From NCBI GenBank assembly GCA_963770895.1, contig CAVYRF010000002.1, positions 800,001 through 864,000 on the forward strand: a stretch of 64,000 nt of DNA, given 5' to 3'. This document shows, in pieces, positions 41,801-50,226 of this stretch. The number at the start of each line of letters is the position of its first letter. Within the stretch, counting starts at the first letter, position 1. The notes beneath the pieces are model-generated. The model was not told where the DNA came from and did not search any database. It saw nothing but the letters and a program-made list of their open reading frames with translations. This stretch comes from an uncultured Acidobacteriota bacterium (GTDB lineage Bacteria > Acidobacteriota > Thermoanaerobaculia > Multivoradales > UBA5704). The translations under genes were made by a program, and so were the position numbers.

Positions 41801-42821
41801 GCTTTTCCCAGTCGGCGTCGGGAGCGTCCAGCGAGATCGCCAGGCCGCCGTCCGAACCGGCGAAGACCGGGTCCTTGACCACCCGGACCTTGCCGCCGCC
41901 CACCGCCGCCAGCTCCTGCTCCAGGCGCGGGCCGAGGTTGCGGATCAGGCCGGTGCCGCCCGAAACGATGATGTTGTTGCGCACCTTTTCCTGGTATTCG
42001 GGCTGCACGCGCGACAGCAGGTCGAGCATGCTTTCCACGATCGGCGGCAGCAGCCCCTCGCAGGCCTGGCGCATCTCCTGGGTGATGTCGATCGGCGTCG
42101 GCTTGCCGTTGACCGGCACGGTGACCACCACCGGGTTGCGCGAGGCGCCGACGAAGCTGGCCTCCTCCTTCCACAGGCGCACCATGTGGATCGAAAACCG
42201 CGCCTCGGGAAAGCGCTCGCGCACCAGCCGCGACAGCTGCTCGTCGACCCAGTCGCCGGCCGCGGTCAGGGTGCGCTGGTCTTCTTCGGCCGGCAGGCGG
42301 CCGTTCATGACACAGAAGTCGGTGGTGCCCGCGCCCAGGTCGATGATCATGGTGTGCAGCAGCGCTTCCAGACCGTAGGCGACGGCAAAGGGCTCCGACA
42401 CGATCATCAGGCTGTCCACCGCCCCGGCGATCGCCTTGCGCACGTTCTGCTTGTTGACCCGCAAGGCCTCGGCGGGCACGCCGACCACCGCGCGCACCTT
42501 CATGCCTTCGCGCGTCTCGCGCGCCACGCCGACCAGCGACAGCAGGTGCCACAGCAGCTCGCGCACCGCCGCTTCGTCCTTTTCGGAGCCGTCCTTGATC
42601 AGACCCTGCTCCAGCGGCCGGTGCAGATCGAGCATCGAACGGTTGTCCAACGCCTCGCGGCCGACCAGCACCGGCTTTTTGAGCACCTTGCGCGCCACCA
42701 TGTCGAGCGGCCAGCCGACGTAGCTCTCGACCACGTGGCGCTGGCCGTTGGAGGCGGAGATCGAGCTGCGAGAGGTGCCCAGGTCGATGCCGACATGGAG
42801 GACAGGCCTGGTCTCGGTCAT
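41790..42821 (-). CDS. mamK: MamK-like actin-family ATPase
   Basis: 343 aa from ATG 42821: VGIDLGTSRS, YVGWP.D, RPLEQG, VSEPFAVAYGL, IIDLGAGTTDFC, P.EEDQ.TL..AGD, QPEYQ, SGG, DPVFAG, WEKL, which match MamK-family rather than MreB signatures. Confidence 0.8.
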   Translation of the reverse strand: MTETRPVLHVGIDLGTSRSSISASNGQRHVVESYVGWPLDMVARKVLKKPVLVGREALDNRSMLDLHRPLEQGLIKDGSEKDEAAVRELLWHLLSLVGVARETREGMKVRAVVGVPAEALRVNKQNVRKAIAGAVDSLMIVSEPFAVAYGLEALLHTMIIDLGAGTTDFCVMNGRLPAEEDQRTLTAAGDWVDEQLSRLVRERFPEARFSIHMVRLWKEEASFVGASRNPVVVTVPVNGKPTPIDITQEMRQACEGLLPPIVESMLDLLSRVQPEYQEKVRNNIIVSGGTGLIRNLGPRLEQELAAVGGGKVRVVKDPVFAGSDGGLAISLDAPDADWEKLSQ

Positions 42822-42886
42822 GCGGTCAAATTCCTTTCCGTCCGGCTCGGTGCGCTGCGCGACTGGCCAAGCGGGACACCGGGTGG

Positions 42887-43912
42887 CTAGTGCCCGGCGC
42901 CGCGGGCGGCGCTGGCGTACGCCCGCAGCCCTTCCGCCAGGGCCAGGGCAATATATTGGCGATACAGCGGTTTGGCCAGCAGCTGCGCCTCCTCGTTGTT
43001 GGACAGGCACGACACTTCGGCGAGGATGGCCGGCATCTGCGTCGACAGCAGGACGATGAACGGCGCCGATTTGACGCCGCGGTCCTCCACCTTGGGATTC
43101 ACCTTCCCCAGCGAGCGGAACAGGGACGCCTGGACCATCTGCGCCAGCTGGCGCGACTTGTCCTGGCGCACCCCGGCGTAGATACGGTCGAGCAGCTGGC
43201 GCATGTCGGCCATCGAATAGCCCGAGCCGCGGTTCTCCGAGGCCGCCAGCCGGCTGAGCGCCGGATCGTTGGTAGGTCCCAGGAAGTAGGTTTCGACGCC
43301 GCGCGCCGCGTGGTTCTCGATCCAGTTGACGTGCACCGAAACGAAGACGTCCGCCCCCTGCCGGTTGGCGATCGCGGCGCGCTCGGCCAGCGAGATCGCG
43401 CTGTCGTCGCTGCGGGTCATCACCACCTGGAAGACTCCCTGGTCTTCCAGCAGCTGGCGCAGGCGCTGCGCGATGTCCAGGGTGATGTCTTTTTCGAGCA
43501 CTCCCGAGGGCGTCCGGGTGCCGCGACTGTCGCCGCCGTGGCCGGCATCGATGGCGACCTTGCGCACCGCCAGCGGCAGCACGGCCGCGTCGATCGCCGG
43601 CGCCGGCGACGACAGGCCGGGGATCGCCGCGCCGGGCGACAGGGCCGCGGCCAGTCCGGATGGCGAGGCCGCGGCAGGCACGGTGCGCAGCGCCGGCGGG
43701 TTGGTCCGGCTGCTGAGCAGGCCGGTCGCACCCACCAGCGCGCTGGACACCAGCAGGAGGGCCAGCGCGCCCGCCCAGCGCAGCCGGCGGCGGCGCCCGC
43801 GGGAGCGGCGCACCGCCGCCGCGGCCTGTCCCTGCCACAGCTCGACGTTCTGCTGCACCAGGTCCTGCACCATGCGGCGCTTCACACGATCGAGATTGGG
43901 CTGCGACCACAT
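42887..43912 (-). CDS. N-acetylmuramoyl-L-alanine amidase (Amidase_3), TM-anchored
   Basis: IDAGHGG, EKDITL, MTRSDD, SVHVN, PAILAEVSCLSN; N-terminal TM helix. Confidence 0.92.
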   Translation of the reverse strand: MWSQPNLDRVKRRMVQDLVQQNVELWQGQAAAAVRRSRGRRRRLRWAGALALLLVSSALVGATGLLSSRTNPPALRTVPAAASPSGLAAALSPGAAIPGLSSPAPAIDAAVLPLAVRKVAIDAGHGGDSRGTRTPSGVLEKDITLDIAQRLRQLLEDQGVFQVVMTRSDDSAISLAERAAIANRQGADVFVSVHVNWIENHAARGVETYFLGPTNDPALSRLAASENRGSGYSMADMRQLLDRIYAGVRQDKSRQLAQMVQASLFRSLGKVNPKVEDRGVKSAPFIVLLSTQMPAILAEVSCLSNNEEAQLLAKPLYRQYIALALAEGLRAYASAARGAGH

Positions 43913-43924
43913 ACCGCGCGCCTG

Positions 43925-46249
43925 CTATCGGGTGCCGATGTGGATGCGCAGCTGGCGCGGACCAGGCTCGATGGCGGTGAGCACCGCATCGGGCCGGGCC
44001 AGGTCCAGCACGACGTGCAGTTCCTGCGGCGGATGGTAGCCGGTGCGGATCTGCTGCACCTCGGCGGAGCTGACGCCCAGCCGCGCGCTGGCAAAGGGCC
44101 GCGTGATGCCGCTGATCCTGATCACTTCGCGCGCCGCCGGGCCGGCGATGCGAGCTTCGGTCCAGGTGCCGGCGGCGAACTCGCCGTTGCCCCACAGGGT
44201 CACCACCGTGCCGCCGCCATGGGCCGCTTCCCAGGTGATGCGCTGGATCGCCGTGGCGCGGCCCGCGGCCGCGACGCCAGCCTGGCTGGCGGCAGCCTGC
44301 TGCGACGACGCGGGGGTGGAGTCGGTGGACGAACCCTTGGCGCGCACCAGGGGCGGGGGCGCCACGGCGGCAGATGCCTCCTGCCGCGCGGCGCTCCTGG
44401 CGCCGGGGGCGGGAGCGCTCCCCAGGGCAGCGGTGGCGCCGCCGGCCGCGACGCTCGCGGCAGCCCCGGCGCCGGAGCCGGTCCCGCCGGCAGGCCGGCC
44501 GCTGGGCGATGCCGGAGATGCGGGCGACGGGGTGGCCGCCGCAAGCTGGGCGGCGGCGGACGGCGGCGCGGCCGCGGAGGAGTCCGCGGACGGCGGCGAT
44601 TGCGCACCCTGGCCGGCCCCAGCCGGCGCCGGCGACCGCTGCCGCGACGCTTCCAGGGCAGCGGCCATCTCGGGAGTTGCGGCGGTGTCAGAGGTTGGCG
44701 GAGCCGTGGCGGCGCCGGGGCTGGCCGGGAGGGGGAGCCCCCTGCCGGCTCGGCGGGCCGCGGCACCGGGTCCTGCGGCGGCGTCCAGCGAGCCCGGCAG
44801 CACCGGCTGGCGCGGGTTGCGCCGGGTATGCAGCGCGGGTGCGCCGTCAGCAGGCGGCCCGCCGGCCGTATCCGCCGCGGCAGCGGCACCGCGGTGGTCG
44901 AGCCACTCCAGCACCGAGTCGCGCAGCAGGTAGACCGTCACACCCGCCAGGGCCAGCGCCGCCACCAGCCCGATCAGCGGCGCCCGCGAGCGCCGCCGCG
45001 GCGCGCGGTGGTCGAACGCGGCAAACGCGGGAGGCGGCGCCGCCGGACCCGCGGCCGCCGGCGCCGGCGGCGTCAGATCGTCGAGCGCCGGCAGCGTCGA
45101 AGCCATGTGTACCAACGGATCGACGTCCCCATCGGCGGTGGCGGCGCCGGCCACGGATGCGGGATGCCATGGGTCCGGCGGCGCCGTCGGTTCCTGCGGC
45201 CACCCGGTCGACCGCGCAGCGTCTGGCGCCGGCCAGTCCTGCGTGGGCGCCGCGGCACCTGATGGCCGTGCCTGTGCTGGCGCGGCGGCCCCTGCGGGCC
45301 ACTCTTGCGCCGGCGGCGCGGCATCCGACGGCCAGCCCTGACCTGGGGTGGCGGCACCCGAAGGCCAGCCGTCCGGTGCCGCCGGCGCGGCGCCACCCGC
45401 GGGCCACGCACCCGCCGGCGAAGCATTTTCTGCAGGCCAGGAAGACGGTGCCGCACCGGCGGCGGCCCAGCCTGCCTGCACTGCCGCATGGTCCGGCGCG
45501 GGGCGCCCCGGATGCACCGCGGGATCTGCCAGGCCGGCGACAGCCGGATCCGCCGGCGCCAGGGCTTCCAGGGGCGAGCGGGGGGTGATCGCGGGGATGC
45601 CGGGAACGGGCTGGATCGCCGGAATCTCGACGTGCCAGGGCATCGATGACGGCTCCTGCGCCCGCTGGGGACCCGCGGCAGCGGCGCCGACCTCAGGGGC
45701 CTCAGGGGCCTGAGAGACCTGAGGGGCCTGGGCGGCTGGCGCCGCGGACGGCTGGGCCCCCGGCGGCGCCGCGGCGGCCTGCAGCCCCGCCAGATCGAAC
45801 GGCTTGCCGCCGTGCGCCACGTAGTCGTCCACGATCTTGTAGATCAGGTCCTTGCTGCCGGCGCTGAGCTCGAGAAACCGCACCCCCATGCCGGACGGCC
45901 GCTCCGGCCCTTCCGGCCGCACGCGCGTCCAGACCACTTCGCCGCGGCCGCGGATCAGCTCGAAGCCGTCACCCAGGCGGAATTCGAACTCCAGCAGCTG
46001 TCCCGGCGGCTCGGGCGAATCGGTGCGGATGAAAATGCCGCCTGGCGAGATGTTGGCGACGTACTCGTTGATAAAACCGCTGAAGCGGTCGAATTTCAGC
46101 TGGATGCGGTGAGCGACGGGCACGCGTGTGGAGTCGCGCGGGGAGTTTGAGTAGTCGGGCACCGAGCTACCTTGGAACGGCTCGTCTTGATTGCTGCGGT
46201 CGTCGGGCGCCGCCCATCGTCCCCAGACCTCCGGCCTATCTCCATCCAT
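43925..46249 (-). CDS. PilZ (TIGR02266-like) - Pro/Ala linker - TM - AMIN-like domain protein
   Basis: RDSTR (RxxxR), NISPGGIFI, GEVVW, GMGVRF; TM LIGLVAALALAGVTVYLL; C-terminal VQQIRTG..ELHVVLDL. Confidence 0.8.
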   Translation of the reverse strand: MDGDRPEVWGRWAAPDDRSNQDEPFQGSSVPDYSNSPRDSTRVPVAHRIQLKFDRFSGFINEYVANISPGGIFIRTDSPEPPGQLLEFEFRLGDGFELIRGRGEVVWTRVRPEGPERPSGMGVRFLELSAGSKDLIYKIVDDYVAHGGKPFDLAGLQAAAAPPGAQPSAAPAAQAPQVSQAPEAPEVGAAAAGPQRAQEPSSMPWHVEIPAIQPVPGIPAITPRSPLEALAPADPAVAGLADPAVHPGRPAPDHAAVQAGWAAAGAAPSSWPAENASPAGAWPAGGAAPAAPDGWPSGAATPGQGWPSDAAPPAQEWPAGAAAPAQARPSGAAAPTQDWPAPDAARSTGWPQEPTAPPDPWHPASVAGAATADGDVDPLVHMASTLPALDDLTPPAPAAAGPAAPPPAFAAFDHRAPRRRSRAPLIGLVAALALAGVTVYLLRDSVLEWLDHRGAAAAADTAGGPPADGAPALHTRRNPRQPVLPGSLDAAAGPGAAARRAGRGLPLPASPGAATAPPTSDTAATPEMAAALEASRQRSPAPAGAGQGAQSPPSADSSAAAPPSAAAQLAAATPSPASPASPSGRPAGGTGSGAGAAASVAAGGATAALGSAPAPGARSAARQEASAAVAPPPLVRAKGSSTDSTPASSQQAAASQAGVAAAGRATAIQRITWEAAHGGGTVVTLWGNGEFAAGTWTEARIAGPAAREVIRISGITRPFASARLGVSSAEVQQIRTGYHPPQELHVVLDLARPDAVLTAIEPGPRQLRIHIGTR

Positions 46250-46430
46250 GCGCGTCGGCCGATAATACCAGCATCGCCGCCCCGAATGGGCTGTTGGCGG
46301 GTGTGCTAGAGTTCAGCTCCCTTTCGAGGGGCGTTCGCACTCCCCTCAATCCCCCTGTCGGGATCGATCATGATCGCAGCAAGGATCGTCGGCGGCTCGC
46401 CACGGGCAGACCGCCGTGGAGTGACTTGGG

Positions 46431-47567
46431 ATGGCCAGAAAGCGCGTGGTGATTGCTGGCGCCGGCGGTATGGGCAGCGCCGTAGCCCTGTTATTGCGGG
46501 AGCTGGGCGACTTCGAAGTGGACCTGTTTCTCGGCGACTCGGACAGGGAACGGGCGGAGCTGGCGGCGGCCTGGGTGCGCGAAGGCTCCACCCAGCCCGG
46601 CGAGGTGCGGTCGTTTCACATGCCGGTCGACGCCACGTCGCCGGGCCTGGCGGCGGCCCTGGACAGCGCCGACCTGCTGCTCGACTGCCTGCCGGGCAAG
46701 GAAGCGCCGCGCATGGCGCAGCTGGCCTGCGAACACCACCTCCACTATGCCAACCTGACGGAGCATGTGCGCGAAACCAATGAGATCGTCAAGATCGCGG
46801 CTGGGTCCGACATGGGCTTCGTCCTGCAGACCGGCCTCGCTCCGGGCTTCATCAACGTGCTGGCCAACGGTCTGTTTCAGCGCTTCTGCCGCGAAAACGG
46901 CGTCGACAAAGCCGACGTCGTGGCCATGCGGGTGGGGGCGCTCAGCACCACCGCCCGGCCGCCGCACTACTACGGCTTCACCTGGAGCTCGATCGGCGTG
47001 GCCACGGAGTACGTCGAGCCGGCCACCGTGGTGCGCGAGGGCAAGCGCACCACCCGGCCGTCGCTGTCCGACCGTGAAACCATCCTGATCCACGGGGTGG
47101 TCTACGAAGAAGCGCTGACCTCCGGCGGCGCCGCCGATCTGCCGCAGGTCCTGGCCGGCCGGGTCGGCCGGCTCGACTACAAGACCCTGCGCTATCCCGG
47201 CCACTATGCCTGGGTGCAATCGATCCTCGACGAAGCGCCGGCCGGCGCCGACCGGGCCGAATACCTTCTGCGCCGCATGGAGCACGAAGTGCCCTTTGTC
47301 GACGACGACCTGGTGACCACCTATGCGGCCGTCGAAGGACGGACCGCGGACGGCAGCCTGCGCCGGCTCGAGGACGCGCGGGTGATCCGCCCCCTGCGGA
47401 TCGGCGCCCGCACCCTCAAGGCGATCCAGGCGACCACGGCGGCGGGGCTGGCCGAGTCCGCCCGCCTGCTGCTGCGGGGGGACTGCAAAGGGGTCTGCCT
47501 GCAGAGCCAGATCGATCCTCCAGAGTTCATGCATGGGCCGTTTGTCAGCACCATTTACGGCGCTTGA
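46431..47567 (+). CDS. Saccharopine/lysine dehydrogenase family protein
   Basis: IAGAGGMG, QTGLAPG, RVGAL, TWS, TSGG, YKTLRYPGH. Confidence 0.85.
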   Translation: MARKRVVIAGAGGMGSAVALLLRELGDFEVDLFLGDSDRERAELAAAWVREGSTQPGEVRSFHMPVDATSPGLAAALDSADLLLDCLPGKEAPRMAQLACEHHLHYANLTEHVRETNEIVKIAAGSDMGFVLQTGLAPGFINVLANGLFQRFCRENGVDKADVVAMRVGALSTTARPPHYYGFTWSSIGVATEYVEPATVVREGKRTTRPSLSDRETILIHGVVYEEALTSGGAADLPQVLAGRVGRLDYKTLRYPGHYAWVQSILDEAPAGADRAEYLLRRMEHEVPFVDDDLVTTYAAVEGRTADGSLRRLEDARVIRPLRIGARTLKAIQATTAAGLAESARLLLRGDCKGVCLQSQIDPPEFMHGPFVSTIYGA

Positions 47568-47608
47568 CGCCGCCATCACCGCCTCTTTTCCGCCCGCCCC
47601 GATGCGGA

Positions 47609-47801
47609 TGTGGAAAAATCCACGGTTCGCCGTTTGTCAAGCCCCTGTCACCCTCGGCGACGATCCTGAAAACATTTTCAAAGCATTGATTCTAAACGAG
47701 TTGACATCGGCTGCACAAAGATTTGTTCAAAGTGCGTCAAACCGCTGTCGCATCGCGTCTTCAGCCTCTCCAGGCAGGCCTTTCCCACAGGGTTTTCCAC
47801 A
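47609..47801. promoter_or_regulatory. DnaA-box cluster with IHF consensus site
   Basis: TGTGGAAAA 47609-47617, TTTCCCACA 47781-47789, TTTTCCACA 47793-47801; AATCAATGCTTTG on the minus strand at 47691-47679. Confidence 0.6.
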
Positions 47802-47844
47802 CTTCCTGCGGAGATCGCTGCCGGCAAGGCAATAGGCCTTCCCA

Positions 47845-50058
47845 CTACTCGCGAATACAGGAATTCCATTCAGATTGCGTGCCAGCGCCGCCGCCAGAGA
47901 CCATCGTTGCCGTCGGCGCGGCCGGCAGGTCGAGCGCCGGCAGCAGGTCGGCGCGCACCGCCACCAGCGGCCACACGGCCGGCCACGGCAGGCGGCGAAA
48001 CAGGTGCAGCGACGTCGACTGCGTGAACCCGGCGGTGTCGATGCCCAGGGCCAGGCTGCGACGGGGGCCCAGGCGCGCCGCCGGCTGCGGCGCCGCGGCG
48101 AGCAGCGCCAGCTTCCAGCCGGGATCGACGCCGGGCCAGCGCCGCACCTCCTCCATGGCATGGCGGAACAGCGGTTCGCGCCCCTCCCACACCGCCGCCG
48201 CGGCCAGCCGCGGCTCCGCCAGCAGGGCGTGCGCCGCCAGGCGCGGCGCCAGCGGCGCGTCCGGCTGCGCCACGGCGAGATAGAACGGCGGATAGGGAGA
48301 CAGAGGGTCGAGGGCGCAGGCCTCCTGGAGCGCCGCCGGCGCCCACACCTCGCCGGCCGATCGACCCAGGATGCCGGCCACCAGCCACAGCAGCCCCACC
48401 CCCCTCGCCTCCCGCGCCGCCGTCACGGCCAGGGCGGCGGCCGCGCCGCGCTCGTCCTGGCGGTCGGCCCGCAGCAGCGCCAGCCGCATGCGGTACAGCG
48501 GGAACGCCGGGTCCAGGTGCACGGCGGCCGCCAGCTCCTCGATCGCCGCCCGGCGGCGCCCCTCCTCGCCCGCGACGACCGCCCGGTCATAGTGCCGGCG
48601 CGCCATCTCCGGCGCCAGCAGGGCCGTGGCCGCCAGCAGCCCATACGCAATCCGCGCCAGGCTGGGCACCCCGCCGGCGCCAGCGGTTGCGGAGCGCCCG
48701 GCGGCGCTGGCGCGCCCCACCCTCTCAGGCGGGTCGGCGACAGCACCGGCGGCCCCGCCCGCGGCGGTCTGGCGCTGGCGATCGGCGACGGCGCTGCCCG
48801 CCGCCACACCGCCGGCCAGGGCGGCGCCCGCCGCCACCACCATCGCCATCGGCAAAGCCGCCACCGCCAGGGCAGCGGTGCTCAGCCAGGCGACACCGCC
48901 GCCGGCCAGCCCCAGGCAGCCGGCGGCGAGCAGGTCGGGGTCGCACGCGGCGTGGCGCTCCCGCCAGCGCCGCGCTACGAAGAGCGCGGCGACGGCGGCC
49001 GCGGCGGCCAGCCCCAGCGCGCCCGTCTCGTAGGCCAGCTCGACGGGCAGCGAATGCAGCTCCCCCACCGCCTCGCCCCAGGGGTTGAGGCCGGGCCGCG
49101 GGACCAGGAACCACGCCGCCGTCCATGCCGCCGATCCGGGCCCCCACCCAAGCCAGGGGCGTTCGCGCCAACCTTCCCAACCGGCACGCAGATAGACCGC
49201 CCGCGCCGCCGCCGAAGGGTCGCGCCCTGAGCCGATGCGGCGCATCCGCGCCAGCTGCCCCGCCGCCAGCGCCGCGGCGAGCAGCAGCAACCCGGCCGCC
49301 ACCCGCCACGCCCGCCACGACCGCCCCTGCCGCCAATGCCGCCAGCCCTGCCAACCCCGCCAGCCCTGCCAACGCCGGGCGTGCACCCCACCGCCGTCGC
49401 CGCCGGCGCCAAACCAGACCGCCGCCAACACCGCTTCCGCGGTGAGCGCCAGGCCGCCGCCGAGCGATCGGCCGGCGATCGTCGCCGCCAGACCGGCGGC
49501 GCCCGCGGCAGCCCCCAGCAGGCGCCAGACGGAGCCTTCCCGAATGGGAAGCAGGGCGAGCGGTAGCAGCAGCGCCAGCCAGGTGGCGAGCAGGGTGTGA
49601 TGCCCGAGCGGCGCCAGCGTGGCGGCCAGGCCGCGCGCCGGCGTGCCGCCCGGCACCAGCGCCCACACCGACAGGGCCAGCACCGCCGCCGCGGCGCACC
49701 GGCCGCCCCAGCGGCGCGACGCCTCCAGCAGCCAGCAGCGCGCGATCGCGCCCGGCAAAAACAGGTAGGCCGGCAGCAGGGCCACCGCCTGCAGTCCGGC
49801 GCGCGGCACCGGCGACACCCAGGCGCTGGCCGCAACCGCCAGCCACAGCGCCGCCGGCGCGGCGCGGGACCAGCCACCCAGACGCAACGGGTCGTGCCAC
49901 GGCGCCGGCGAAGCCGTCTGCGCCGCCAGCACCGCCACCAGCGCCACCGCGCTGCCGGCGGCGGTCACCCCGCCCAACAGGTTGCCGCACCAGCCGGCAA
50001 ACAGTGCCGCCAGCAGCAGCGGCAGCACCCCACGCATCCCGGCGAACATCGCGCCCAT
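47845..50058 (-). CDS. O-antigen ligase (Wzy_C) family membrane protein with TPR-like C-terminus
   Basis: Many TM segments; SAAARAVY, RPWLGWGPG, LHSLPVELAYETGALG; likely ATG 50058, 7 nt after TAGAAT. Confidence 0.75.
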   Translation of the reverse strand: MGAMFAGMRGVLPLLLAALFAGWCGNLLGGVTAAGSAVALVAVLAAQTASPAPWHDPLRLGGWSRAAPAALWLAVAASAWVSPVPRAGLQAVALLPAYLFLPGAIARCWLLEASRRWGGRCAAAAVLALSVWALVPGGTPARGLAATLAPLGHHTLLATWLALLLPLALLPIREGSVWRLLGAAAGAAGLAATIAGRSLGGGLALTAEAVLAAVWFGAGGDGGGVHARRWQGWRGWQGWRHWRQGRSWRAWRVAAGLLLLAAALAAGQLARMRRIGSGRDPSAAARAVYLRAGWEGWRERPWLGWGPGSAAWTAAWFLVPRPGLNPWGEAVGELHSLPVELAYETGALGLAAAAAVAALFVARRWRERHAACDPDLLAAGCLGLAGGGVAWLSTAALAVAALPMAMVVAAGAALAGGVAAGSAVADRQRQTAAGGAAGAVADPPERVGRASAAGRSATAGAGGVPSLARIAYGLLAATALLAPEMARRHYDRAVVAGEEGRRRAAIEELAAAVHLDPAFPLYRMRLALLRADRQDERGAAAALAVTAAREARGVGLLWLVAGILGRSAGEVWAPAALQEACALDPLSPYPPFYLAVAQPDAPLAPRLAAHALLAEPRLAAAAVWEGREPLFRHAMEEVRRWPGVDPGWKLALLAAAPQPAARLGPRRSLALGIDTAGFTQSTSLHLFRRLPWPAVWPLVAVRADLLPALDLPAAPTATMVSGGGAGTQSEWNSCIRE

Positions 50059-50226
50059 CGCGGCCATTCTACGCGCCGCATGCTGGCAGCGCCTGCACTC
50101 CGCCGCCCGCCGGGGCGCGGCCGGCGTCGCAGAACTGCGATATTCTCGCCGTCCGGCGCTTCACGCCGCCGGCCTTTCCCGCGGGCGCGCCGCGCAGCGC
50201 GCCCCGACACCGTTGGAGACCTGAAC

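Noticed and set aside
41790-42821. Canonical mreB
   Set aside because: Lacks MreB-specific motifs and has no mreC/mreD/pbp2/rodA neighbours.
42822-44195. Long N-terminal extension of the actin ORF (801 aa in the track)
   Set aside because: It overlaps the amidase gene in another frame, is Arg/Ala/Gly-rich and has no motifs. The real start is about 42821, after GGAAAGGA.
46313-46430. Canonical lysine riboswitch
   Set aside because: The leader is too short and I cannot fit the five-way junction; kept only as a low-interest structured leader.
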